From NCBI RefSeq assembly GCF_964204645.1, contig NC_134029.1, forward strand, positions 14,286,850 to 14,350,849: 64,000 nucleotides of DNA, in the 5' to 3' direction. The DNA is from Tubulanus polymorphus (Eukaryota > Animalia > Nemertea). Within the stretch, counting starts at the first letter, position 1, and every line of letters starts with the position of its first letter. A model generated the notes under the pieces. It searched no databases and had not been told where the DNA came from. It saw only the letters and a program-made list of their open reading frames with translations. Positions 41,943 to 53,781 of the stretch are shown here, piece after piece. The translations under genes and the position numbers were made by a program.

Positions 41943-43654
41943 ATGGAAGAAGATATTCCAATGGATACTTTTGGTGACGCCCCCGGTATAAGTGATGAAC
42001 CACAACCTGATTTTAATGAAACTAATATTGATAATGATGATGAATCAGCATATAATACTAATTTAGGTGAAGATGATTCTAGTGGGCCTATATTATATGA
42101 TTATGATGAATTTAAATATGATACTGTAACAAGTGAAATGTTAATAGATTATTTAGAATCCCTCGATAAGATAATAATTAAAACTAGGCCAGATAGAAAA
42201 GATTTAATTAATAGATTAGAAAGAACAGAAAACCCTGAATTGAAAAAACAATTATTATACATAAAACATAGTGTAACAAATACAGTTATTGAAGAATTAT
42301 TATAAAAAAATGTAACATATAACATTGAACCAGAAGATATTTCAGAACAAATTAGAAAAGATGATCCACATTTCATGAATAATTTAGAATTTAAAAATGA
42401 TTCATGGTTTTATAAAGTTGAATTAAATAACGAAACTGTATCAATTCAATTATCTAAAATGGGACAAGAAGATCTGAACCATCCTGAAATGCGAGCAGGA
42501 TCTTCAATTGAACGTTCAAAAGGTGGTAGAGAATTTCTCAGAATTATATGGAATGCAATCGATAGAATAAATGAAGAAGAACCAATTCCTAATATTGATA
42601 TAAATAAATAATCGCCATTTAAAAATCCAAATTTAAATCCTCCTGATGTTGATCCAGAAATGGAATAGTATGGAGATCGATTAGATAAATTAAGATCTTC
42701 AACGCCCGAAACATCGAGAAGAGATATTCAACAAATTGATAATGATTCAAGTCAATTACAATTAGTATTAGAAGAACAAATTGATAGATTAAGTGATACA
42801 GAAGAACTGATGAATAGTATGTTAGATACATCCGGTACTGAAACTGGAATAAATCGAATGCAATCTTTACTAGAAAAAGGATTATTTGATTTAACTGATG
42901 ATGAATTAGAAGCATTTCCTGAACAAACACGTAGAGAAATTAAAGGTATGCAAGAATCAGCTGATAAAATTGCGCATGAAAAAAGTAAAAGAGATATTAA
43001 AATTAGAACTTTAGAAAAAGAATTGACTGATAAAAATAAAGAAATAGAACAACTAAAATTAGATAGAGATAATAAAGTTATTGAAGAAATCGAATTTAAA
43101 AAAAGAAATGCGTATTTAGAAAAAGATGATTTAGAATATAACATAGAATTACAAAAAGAAGAAATTGAATTATTATTAAAATCATATGATTATAATATTA
43201 ATAGATTAAAAGTTATTTTTAAAGATTTGTTGATTAAACCAGATTCTAAAATATCATTGAAAGATAGAATAAAATTATTATTTAAGTTTGAAGGAATCAC
43301 AATTCTTTCAATTCTAACAGCTGTAACTATGGTATTTACAACAATAGGTTTAGCTATATCAAAATCACTGAAATCTACTCCTACTCCAAATAAACCAGAT
43401 AAACCCCCGAATGATAATAATTCTATACAAGATAAAGTTAAAGATGGTTTAAAGAAATTAGCAAAATATTTATGGGAACTATCAAAGAAATCTGCTGCAG
43501 CATTGCCAGGAATTATTGCATCAATTGTTGGTTTCATATTGAAATCTGCAGGAAACATTATTAACTTTGCTGCTGAACATATTTTATTTTTAATTACAGT
43601 TGTAAGTGCAATTATTTTGGGTTAGTAAACATGATATCAAAAAATATCAAATAA
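41943..43654 (+). pseudogene. Large acidic/coiled-coil protein with C-terminal hydrophobic and amphipathic helices (putative membrane-active virion protein)
   Basis: Colinear with 62006-63712 (-); in-frame stops at 42303, 42609, 42667 and a late frameshift. Confidence 0.7.
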
Positions 43655-43694
43655 CCATGATAAAAAATGAATAATTAATTTTTTTGTTAAATAA

Positions 43695-45401
43695 ATGAGT
43701 GGGAGTTATATCAATCCTTCTAAGAATCATAGAATATCTAATGCTATTAAAGCAGAAAGATCACATCATATAATTACTCATAACTCTTCTAATATTAATC
43801 CCGATGAAACTTTATATGTTAGGATTCCTCGATTAACACAAAATACTTTTTATGTTCCAAATAGTATTTATTCATCAGCCGATATAAAAGTAATCGGTAA
43901 TAATAATAATCATGTTGTTGATAATGTTGGGAGATATTTGATTAGAAAATTAACTATAAAGATTGGTCCAGAAACAGTTTTCTCATTAGATGATTATAAT
44001 TTATTTATGCATTATAAAGATTTATGGTTAACTAAAGAAAATAGAAATAATATGATATTTCAAGGAATCCAATCAGAAAACCAAAATAAATTAAGATCAG
44101 AAGCTAATAGCGCAATATTAACTAATGCTGTAGATAAATTGATAAAAAGTATATATGGAAGCAAATATAAAATTCCATTAGACTTTGAATTGATAAATAA
44201 TAATGGACCTTTATATAAATATGTAATTCAAGAAGATATTATATTTGAGATAACATTTGCTCCTGTAAATGAAATTGTAATATCTAGCGTTAATAAAGAT
44301 ATGAGTTATAAATTATCGAATATATGTTTAGAATATGATACAGTAACTGATGAAAATATTGCAAGCATAATTCAAACTCAATACAATCAAGGATTTTCAT
44401 TATTATATGATTATATTGATAAATTTAAAACTGTAACTATTTCAAATGATGAAATGATTAATGAGAATATTAACTTCCCAAGAAGATCTATTAAAGGTAT
44501 ATTAATATTTTTTACCATCGCAACATATACTAATGGCGCAATAAATGTTGATAATTATTATAATCCTGAAATAACAAAAGTAGAAATAACTATCGAAGGA
44601 ATAGCAAATAAAATATTTTGTCAAGGAATGAGAATGATAGATCAGTGGCCAGAAATTAGAAAACATTTTATGAATGAAAAAGTGAAATCATCTGAAAATT
44701 GTAACATTAATCAAATTGATTATTATACCGGTAATAAATATGCATTATGGTTAGATTTTAGAACAACAGAGGATAATAACACAAATAACACTGGTGTCAT
44801 AAACATATACTACAAGAAGTGTTCTAAGTGTGAATTAGATAAATTAGCTTTAACAGAATTTAGTAAGCGTAAGATTAGCAAAGATGGTTTTCAATATTGC
44901 TGCAAAACTTGCACTAAACTATATACCAAACAATATCGAGAAGATAATATAGAACATTATAATTATTATATGGCAGAATATATGAGAGAAAGATATCAAA
45001 CAGATCTTAATTTTAGATTAAAACAATGTTTACGGTCTACATTAACACAATTATTCAACAAAGAAACACATTCAGAAACACTATCTAATTTATTGGGTTG
45101 TTCAGATGAATTTTTCATATCATGGATAATATATCAATTCGATGATAAAATGAATATAGATAATTATGGTGAATACTTTCATATTGATCATGTGTTGCCG
45201 ATTTCTAAATTTAACATGAATGATGAATACAATAAAAAACTTATTTGGAGTTGGAAAAATTTAAGACCTTTAGAAAAGAAGAAAAACATAATTAAATCTA
45301 ATAAACTAGATTTACAGTTATATTTAGATCAACTGGATAAAGCAAAGACATTTGTTGAATTATGGAATTCAACACATAATGAAAAATACGTTGAAGCTTA
45401 A
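43695..45401 (+). CDS. Chimeric ORF: C-terminally truncated major capsid protein fused in-frame to an HNH endonuclease
   Basis: 43695-44778 nearly identical to the MCP at 60738-61985 up to DFRTTEDN; the remainder matches the HNH at 55545-56225 (CSKC..CKTC, HIDHVLP, WKNLRPL). Confidence 0.85.
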   Translation: MSGSYINPSKNHRISNAIKAERSHHIITHNSSNINPDETLYVRIPRLTQNTFYVPNSIYSSADIKVIGNNNNHVVDNVGRYLIRKLTIKIGPETVFSLDDYNLFMHYKDLWLTKENRNNMIFQGIQSENQNKLRSEANSAILTNAVDKLIKSIYGSKYKIPLDFELINNNGPLYKYVIQEDIIFEITFAPVNEIVISSVNKDMSYKLSNICLEYDTVTDENIASIIQTQYNQGFSLLYDYIDKFKTVTISNDEMINENINFPRRSIKGILIFFTIATYTNGAINVDNYYNPEITKVEITIEGIANKIFCQGMRMIDQWPEIRKHFMNEKVKSSENCNINQIDYYTGNKYALWLDFRTTEDNNTNNTGVINIYYKKCSKCELDKLALTEFSKRKISKDGFQYCCKTCTKLYTKQYREDNIEHYNYYMAEYMRERYQTDLNFRLKQCLRSTLTQLFNKETHSETLSNLLGCSDEFFISWIIYQFDDKMNIDNYGEYFHIDHVLPISKFNMNDEYNKKLIWSWKNLRPLEKKKNIIKSNKLDLQLYLDQLDKAKTFVELWNSTHNEKYVEA

Positions 45402-46553
45402 GCGCTTAGAAAACCGGTTACTCTCGATCTATGTCAAACCGCCTGTATGTAATTGTATTAGGTTGTTTACAAAAGCATCTGTCGCACGTTATATTCAGTT
45501 GAATAGGGTGTATCTCATTTGAATATTGATCGAATGTGCTATTTCAGTTGAAAAGGATTAATCAATTATATTACAAAGGAAGGAACATATGTTGCTCAGA
45601 CAGTGTTTAGCTAGTGAATAACTGACAGTTATGAGCGCGCAGCACATAAGCATAGGAACGTATAGGATATTCTCTCTATAAACACAATTTTAGGAGTTTA
45701 CAGTTATAAATGTAAGTACTGTTTTTGTTGTTATTAAGGCGTTGGAAAACGTTAAACATGTAAAACTTATCCTGGTAAGATGCGCCACAAATGGTCATGT
45801 TTAAGTGCTGTAATTAATATTTTACAACTACAACTTCAAGTTAGTTTTATTCTACGTTAGATATTTATCTTTTAGATAACAAAATGAAGGCCATTGAATC
45901 AAGAAAGTGAAGATAGATGGATGTGGAATCAGAAATAATGGATATTTCAACTCATGAGACATGTAGCAGTTTAGCCATACTGTATAGGCTTCCAATGCAT
46001 TACGTTTGTCGGAATGTCAATTGCGTCATTAAGCTGTTGTTAATGACACACAGTGACAGATGTTGTATTGTACTTTATTGATTCCTGCATTCCACGCATA
46101 ACTTGCCGGGCCTCAAACGCCCGGTGAGGAATGTGGAAATCGATAATGATTGCAGAATAAAATATATGTGTTTATGAAATAGTAATTCCACCAGTCGTTT
46201 CTTTGAATTTATTTTCAGTTTTAGGATTTATTATCAAGAATCCGAAATGACTTATCCGGACAGTTATAATTACTGCTCCCATAGATAAACAATAGTAGTG
46301 AGATAATCTAAATCCTAATTTAAATAAAATATAATAAAAAAACAATAACTTCAACTAGCTAGTGAATTCTATTATATTTTTAATACTTTCTTTTCAAAAG
46401 AGAATACTTTATATTTTGAATAGGTTCAAATAGAAATTCTTTAAGTTCAAATAGCTAGTATCAGTAGTCAATACTAGAATTCTTTAACTTTAACTATCTA
46501 GTATCATTTTATAATACTTATAATATTTTTCTTATTAAATTTCTCTAATATAA

Positions 46554-47156
46554 ATGTCAAAGAAATCGAGTAAGAATAGTATTGATATTGAAAAAACATT
46601 AGATGATTTGGGTATTAGTGATAATAAAGATACAGTTGTTTTTAATTCTATTCAAGTTAATAACAATATTGATTATGAATACTACTTATATTGTAAACAC
46701 CATCTAGAATTATTAATTGCTAGTGGTAAATGTAATCAGTTTATCGGGAAAATTTTAACTTATCAAGAACTAGATGCTATGAAACCCGATAAAGTAATAA
46801 AATATTTTAGGATTTATGAAGAAGCTAGATTAGCCCGAATAAATGATTCTATTTCAGATGGTATTATAAAATGTTATTCTAAGTTATGTAACCGGCTAAT
46901 GTCAATTGATGATGAAAATAAATTATATAGTGATTTGAAAACTGACTACTTAGTTATGACTGAATTACAAAAATGGGTTGGTTATGCTTCATTCCAATTA
47001 GGATCGGTTATGACATTAATTTCTACTGGCGTCATAACATTTTCGAATATCAAACCTATAGAATGTAAATCAGGTAAGAACGAAACAGATGTACTACAAC
47101 CAAACGTCGAAACAGAAAATGAATCAGAACAAAAATTAACTAAAATAAATGAGTGA
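46554..47156 (+). CDS. Hypothetical Maverick protein (200 aa)
   Basis: Intact; homolog of 56475-57059. Confidence 0.75.
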   Translation: MSKKSSKNSIDIEKTLDDLGISDNKDTVVFNSIQVNNNIDYEYYLYCKHHLELLIASGKCNQFIGKILTYQELDAMKPDKVIKYFRIYEEARLARINDSISDGIIKCYSKLCNRLMSIDDENKLYSDLKTDYLVMTELQKWVGYASFQLGSVMTLISTGVITFSNIKPIECKSGKNETDVLQPNVETENESEQKLTKINE

Positions 47157-48591
47157 TGGAGTTAAGAAAAAGGCTAGATCCGAGAAACAAATTAAATGGG
47201 CAAGAGAATTAGGTAAAAGATCTTCAGAAATAAAAAAAGCTAAGAAAAAGAAATTAACTGATATAAATGAATCACAGACTTTATCTGATATTGATTCAAA
47301 TAATAATCCATCTAATTCTTCTATTATATTATCTGGTGTAATATATAAATCAAAATTCAAATCTGATGATAAAGATGATTCCAATGATGATAAACCAGAA
47401 AATAAGTCAAATCATAAAGTCATTGAAACTAAATCTAAATTATTATTAATGGATCAAAAGAAGATGAAAAAAGAACAATATTTAAGAGAGTTATATTATA
47501 ACCCAGAAAGTGAAGTATCATATTCTAACGTTTCAGAATTATGGGATAAAATTAAATCTGATAATGAAAATGGTAATGGTGCCGTACGGCACCCACACGG
47601 TGATATAAAATATAGTGAATTAAAATCATGGTTACAAAATCAACCAACATATCAAATTCATAAGAAAATGGATAAAACTTATTTAACAAGAAAAGTTATG
47701 GTTTCATATATCGATCAACAATGGCAAGCAGATTTAATTGACATGAAGAACTTAGAGGAATACAACAAAGGATATTTCTGGATACTGAATGTTATAGACA
47801 TATTCAGTAGATACGCATGGAGTATACCAATCAAAAATAAAACTGGAATAGAACTTACAAATGCTTTTAAATCTATATTTAAAGAAGCTATTCCAGATAA
47901 GTTACAATTTGATGAAGGTAAGGAATTTTATAACAAACATTTTTAAAAACTGATCAAACTTATCTGATAACGATGTAGATTATTTTTCAACACATTCAGA
48001 TGAAAAAAGCATCTATTATAGAAAGATTTAATAAAACATTGAAAACTAGAATGTGGAAATATTTTACTGCTAATGAAACATATAAATATATCGATGTATT
48101 AGATGATTTAGTGAAAAGTTATAATAATTCTAAACATAGTTCTATAAATATGAAACCTATACAAGCTAGAAAAGAAGATAATTCGGAAATAGTTTGGAAT
48201 AATTTATATGGAGCATTTGTCACACATGATTTCGGTGAACCTAAATTTAAAATAGGACAACACGTTAGAATATCTAAATATAGAAAAACATTTTATAAAG
48301 GTTATACCCCTAATTTTACAGAAGAAATATTCAAGATTAGAAAGATAATATTAACTAAACCATTTGTTTATAAATTAGAAGATTTAAAAGATGAAGAAAT
48401 ATTAGGTTATTTCTATGAACAAGAATTATCACTTGTACCAAATCCAGATGAAATAGAATACAAAATAGAAAAAGTATTGAAAACAAAAACTCTTAAAGGA
48501 AAAAAAGTATTCTTTGGTGAAATATAAAGGATATGATGATAAATTTAATGAATGGATTTTATCTAGTAAAATTAAAAGAATAAATGAATAA
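47149..48591 (+). pseudogene. Small basic protein read through into a frameshifted retroviral-like integrase
   Basis: Homologous to 57052-58530; stop lost (GAT CAA vs GAT TAA); frameshifts at ~47945, ~48000, ~48505. Confidence 0.88.
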
Positions 48592-49194
48592 AGATTTATT
48601 TATATTTGAACCGCATAATATGTTAGTTACTGGAGTAACCAATTGTGGTAAAACACATTTCATATTAGATTTGTTAGAAACTATTCATAAGAATCATTTT
48701 GATAATGTAATATTATTCTGTCCTACTTATGAAATGAATAAAACATATAATAGAGATATTTATAAGTTAAAAAAGTTTATTATATTAGATCCTAAAACAG
48801 TAAAAGAAAATTTAGATAATTGTATTAAAATAGCGATTGATACTTATAAAGGATCAAATACATTATTCATTATAGATGATTGCGCTAATTTACATGATTC
48901 AAAAGTGAGAGAAAGTGAGTTATGTTATTTAGCTTTCTCTGGGAGACATTTTGGGATAACAACATGGGTTTTAAATCAAAAATATAATTCAATTGTTAAA
49001 GACAAAGGGAGAATATAAGATTTCTAGTTTTATTCTACAATAAAGATAGAAAATCTATGCAACAATCATTGGAAGAAAATCATATTATACCTACTGAATT
49101 ACATGATGAATATATGAATAAATTAAAAAGTAATAAAGGTTCAAAATTATTACTGAGATTACAATTTCCATATGAATATAAATTTATAAAATAA
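48584..49194 (+). pseudogene. A32/FtsK-like packaging ATPase, frameshifted at ~49005
   Basis: Walker A GVTNCGKT, Walker B FIIDD, SGRH..I...NQ. Confidence 0.88.
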
Positions 49195-49225
49195 CTATTT
49201 ATATATCTATTCTATAAGAGCTTAC

Positions 49226-49633
49226 ACTTTTATATTGAATAATCTGTCAATTTAAATGTTATTCATGTACATGATTATTTTAAGAGTAATAGGGGTAATG
49301 GGCTTTCAGGTTAAAGGTTGAATGGTCGAGTTCATTAAAAACAAATATTAAAAGTAATTTAAAACTGTAATATATTTTCATAACCGTGTGTATTTCAGTT
49401 GAATAATAGAATAATTATTATTATTAAAATATATTTGATTATATGAATTTGTGTATTGTAAATAAATCAATTGGTCGCGGAGCGGAGCGGTAGCGAAGTG
49501 GAGCGACCAATTGATTTAATACAATATGCTTTTTAAATTATTGATATCTTAGAATAAATATTTAGTTGTTTTTTTTTAATGAGCTCGTTCGACCGTTCGA
49601 CCTTTGGCTTGAAAGCCCATTACCCCTATTACT
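49226..49633. repeat. Right TIR of Maverick 1 (fold-back 49284-49633; ~60-bp deletion in the outer arm)
   Basis: Reverse complement of 32786-33248. Confidence 0.95.
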
Positions 49634-51101
49634 GCAGTTTCATCGTCTTCCCCCTCCCCCAACCCTCTGGCATTATTTTTCATTTTTCCAAGTTTTATCT
49701 AAGAATTGATATGCTTTGGGCCCAAAGTACAATTTCAATATGAAAAAAATTGATCAAAGTTACTTTCCAGTTCCATGGGATTGACTACAATTAATTGTCT
49801 CTGTGTTCCTAGTCACAAACAATATATTGAGCGTATTTCGTTATACACTCAAAATACACAATACATGCACAATACACAATATCAATATACACGAGGTTGT
49901 TTTCGAATCGAAATGATTTGTTAGTATAAAACATTAAATCAAGCTGTGACGAAGCGTCCGTCTATTAGATTTCATCTATAACATATTAAGCGCACAGTTT
50001 TGCCATACTGTATAGACTTTCAATGCATTACGTTTGCCGGAATTATAGTTGCGCGTACATTAGTCATTCAGTCGTTGTTATTGGTTACAGTAACAGCTAT
50101 GCATTCCGCGCATACCTTACCGCTCCTCTCAGGAGCGGCTTGGAATGTTGAAATCGATACTGACTGTAGAATAAAATACATGTGTTTATGAAATAGTAAT
50201 TCACCCGGCGTTTTCGTTAAATTGATTTTCAGTTTGAGGAATTTAATATCGAGAATCCGAAATGACTTATCTGGACAGTTATAGTTACTAAAAATATTTG
50301 TTAAGTACCAAAGCGCATATTTAGTTAGATTTTCTATTAGATTTGTACGCAAATCGGGTAAGTTCGAATCTCAGCGAAGGTCGTGTTTTATTTTTACGTT
50401 TTGCCATATAATAAATGCCATTTGGAATGCAATTGTGTATCTTTTTATTCTTAATTCATGACATGAATGTATGCAACTCATGTTAATTGACGAAACTTAC
50501 AACGCGGTGTAAAAAGATGGCAGCACCATACAGCTTGCCGTGTGCAGACGTCCGAACTTGCGGGAGTTTCGATTTCGCATTTTGACAGCTGTCAACGCTC
50601 ATGCCACATCTAGCAAGAGTTGGTGAAAAATCCTAATACAGCGAAGAACTGCGATATTCAGAAGAGAAAACAACGTTGAGAAAACGACAAGATTCAGTTA
50701 TTGTAGAATTTTATTATCATTTTGATAAGTAAGCACTTTTTCATTCAATCATTGAAAAATCATTTGTACAGAAATTCAATAATTCTATTCAGTTCTATTA
50801 CTATTACATGTAGTAGGCTTTCTAATTCATAAGTTTTCTTTGTGAAATTCGAATCAGCCAAGTATCAAGCCCAAGGGCAACGAAGCCTAAATCATTTTAA
50901 AGAATTTTCTTTGAAATAGCAAGTATGGTTGTACAACTGATAGCTCGAGACCATCCCTATGCACTTGCATTATTGGGTAAACCAACCTCTAAAAAAACCT
51001 AACGATACAGCACTTTTCAATCATCATACTTATGCATCGGCATTAACCAAACCAAAGCCTAAAGTGCATGAAAAAATATATCGCAGACATCTGCAGATAT
51101 A

Positions 51102-51977
51102 TTGCCAGTTCTCCAAAATTGTAAAGCCAGGACTCACCATGTATCTATTCCCCCACAGCAGTATCCTTTTACAGTTCCCTCAGGCCTGTTCAATATGAGA
51201 GATTTCGAAGGGTATAAGGATACAACTGTAGGTAACAATGAAATCTACCATGTCATTGATGTTCCCAGAGATGGAAACTGTTTTTTTCATTGTATAAGCC
51301 TTGCAGTACATGGAGATTTTTCACAGCATCAATACTACCGCGTAAATATCGGTGATTTTATCATCCATAACTGGCCAGAATGGTATGCAAATGTAACTGA
51401 GTTTCATGCCCCTGATGTAAATATAAATAGCATCGACCACTTTAAGGACCGAATGATCAATTCTTCAGGCTGGGCAACAGCAGCTGAAATTGAAGCAGCT
51501 TCCATTCTGCTTTCTGTACATATCTCAATTTTTGTACATGGAATTATTTTAGGCAATGATGGAATAAGCCGAGTTGAAAATATATCCTTACAGTCTACCT
51601 ATGGCAGGGAATCCTTGAAAAACATTCAACTGCTTCTCAAGAACAACCATTTTCAGGTTCTATCCAATGCTCATGCGTTCAAACGACCCGCCCAGCTGGA
51701 ATCCATACCCGAAAAAATTCCTCGTACTTTGAGCCCAATCCCGAATGATCCTGAAATTCTTCCATCGAAACAGTTTGAAAGTGAACAGCCAGATTCAATG
51801 TCCCCTAAAAATACTCGAAATCAAAGTTCGCTTCTAGCCAATCAAAATGCATCTCCGGCCCATCCATTATATGACATCTGTGAAAACTATGCTAAAATGC
51901 CACCAGTGGTCCTGCACCATATCAAAGCATTTGAAACCGAGCAAATGTCCTATGATTTCAAACATTATAACATGTAA
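51102..51977 (+). pseudogene. OTU-family cysteine protease domain of the Helitron
   Basis: VPRDGNCFFHCIS, GWATAAEIEAAS, NNHFQVL. Confidence 0.8.
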
Positions 51978-52085
51978 TGAACGACATCTTGAAATGAAAA
52001 TGAACAAACAAATTCCAAATCAGTGCATAAGGTGTTCTAGAGATAAGGGTACTACCAAGTTATATCAAACCCAGGTCCAGTTCCG

Positions 52086-53781
52086 TTGGAATTAACAGCG
52101 TTGACATTGATTGAGCAGCAATTAATTTCTCGGTTAGCTCCAACTATGAATGTTCATCTGCTTAAGCACGGTGGGATCGCATCAACTGGCCACTGTGTCA
52201 CATTGCCACAAAATATCAATGAGCCCGCTCAAATTCTGCCAAAATTACCAGCTGAAATTAATACACTGAAGGTCAGAAAAATTGGCAAAGGTGGGACATC
52301 AAAGGAATTTAATGTGCGACGTACCATAGTAGAAAATGCTCTGAAATGGCTTAAATTCAACAATCCTGCATATCATGACATAACTATCAGTCAAGATCGG
52401 TTAGATCAACTGCCAATAGATGGTGAGATTCAAATTGAAACAGTTCGTGTTCAGGGATCCAAGTCCACATGTGATCGGGGACCAGCGTTACAACAAATCG
52501 ATCCATCTGATGTTGATGATGGTGCTGAAACAGTGTCAGGAGTGCTGCTCCCGGATCCTGGAATGGACGTGAGATTAGAAGTTGAAAAAATCATCCATGA
52601 AATAGTTGGTGAAACTCATGGAGATGTTACAAAAAAACAAACGCGGGAAAATAACAATTCCATGGCCAACCCGTGATTCTACACCAATTTCCGAGTCAGA
52701 ACCCAATACTTTTTTACTTTTTTACTTTTCCTTGTCTATATCCGTGGTCTACTGGTGACTTTCAAATCAACAAACCCCGCACTTTAACATCTCTTTCGGA
52801 TTGGGCGCAACATCTCATCTGGTACAGTGATGGCCGATTTGCTCGACACCAGTTCTTTAAATTTGTAGTACACAATATAATAGTTCGCAAACAAGCACTA
52901 GACCGCAGCAACTTTGTAATTAAGCAATCCCTTTGTGACCAACATCTGTCTGTTGGAGATCTGAAAAAGAAATTAGAAGAAGAAGGAGATCAATCTTTTG
53001 CAAAGAAAATACTGTACTTTTCATCTTCACTTCGTGGTACAGCTCAATATTGGAGTCAAAGGAGTAAAAAGCTACGTTCACTTGTTCAATACCAAGCTAA
53101 TGTCGGCAAAGGACTACCTTGCTTTTTTACAACGGGAAGTTTTGCAGAGTATCACTGTTAGCCACTACGAAAATTGCTTACAGAATATATCAGCCAAACA
53201 ACAGGATTGCAAGTGGATCTAAACAATCGAAACACATTATTCAAAGCCCTTCAAGAGCACTCACATATTGTTGGCCACTATTTCGATTTACGTACCACCA
53301 GCTACTTCAGGCATATCATGCGTCCTGTATTCGGAGTGGAAACATATTGGTATCGCCAAGAATTCGAGAAATGAAGAGGCATGATACATTGGCATGGTCT
53401 TTGCTGGCGTTCCGATTTAGAACCACACAACTTACTGTTTGATGCCAACCAGAACAATCTTTCGGATGATCAAGTTGCAGAGGTATCGTCGCTTTGGGCT
53501 GAAGAAAAATTCTCCATGACAGCCCAACATCCGGCAGGAAAAGACTGTCATGGACTGCCACGAAAAGATCTATGGCCTGCACCAGAAGTAACCTGTCCAC
53601 CCCCACCAGAGGAGTCTAATCCACTTGTTAAACTTTTGACTGACATTGCCATCAAGAAAGCCTTTTAGAGGATCATCTTTTACTCTGCAATAAGATCGAC
53701 ATCCATCGTTGTTCAGACTACTGTCTCAGACAAAAAAAATGGGAAAAAAACATGCGCATGGAGTTTGGATCTATAGATAAT
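52086..53781 (+). pseudogene. Helitron Rep (HUH replication initiator) fragments
   Basis: LTLIEQQLIS..GHCVTLPQ..ALKWLKFNNPAY; FPCLYP..GD; LRGTAQYW..GLPCFFTT; WYRQEFEK*RGMIHWHGLCW; HRCSDYC. Confidence 0.85.

Larger units (their letters stand above)
32786..49633 (+). mobile_element. Complete Maverick/Polinton (adintovirus-like) element, 16.8 kb, pseudogenised (copy 1)
   Basis: Termini AGTAATAGGGG...CCCCTATTACT; 5-bp TSD GCAGT at 32781-32785 and 49634-49638; pPolB, capsid genes, INT, ATPase inside. Confidence 0.95.
49900..53781 (+). mobile_element. Helitron/Helentron (OTU + Rep), degraded, truncated by Maverick 2; 5' boundary approximate
   Basis: OTU and Rep motifs listed in the next two features. 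Confidence 0.8.

Noticed and set aside
42619-43558. Antisense ORFs over Maverick genes (also 38565-38912, 60034-60641, 61950-62468, 63285-63563)
   Set aside because: Shadow frames of AT-rich coding strands; no motifs and no TAAATG starts
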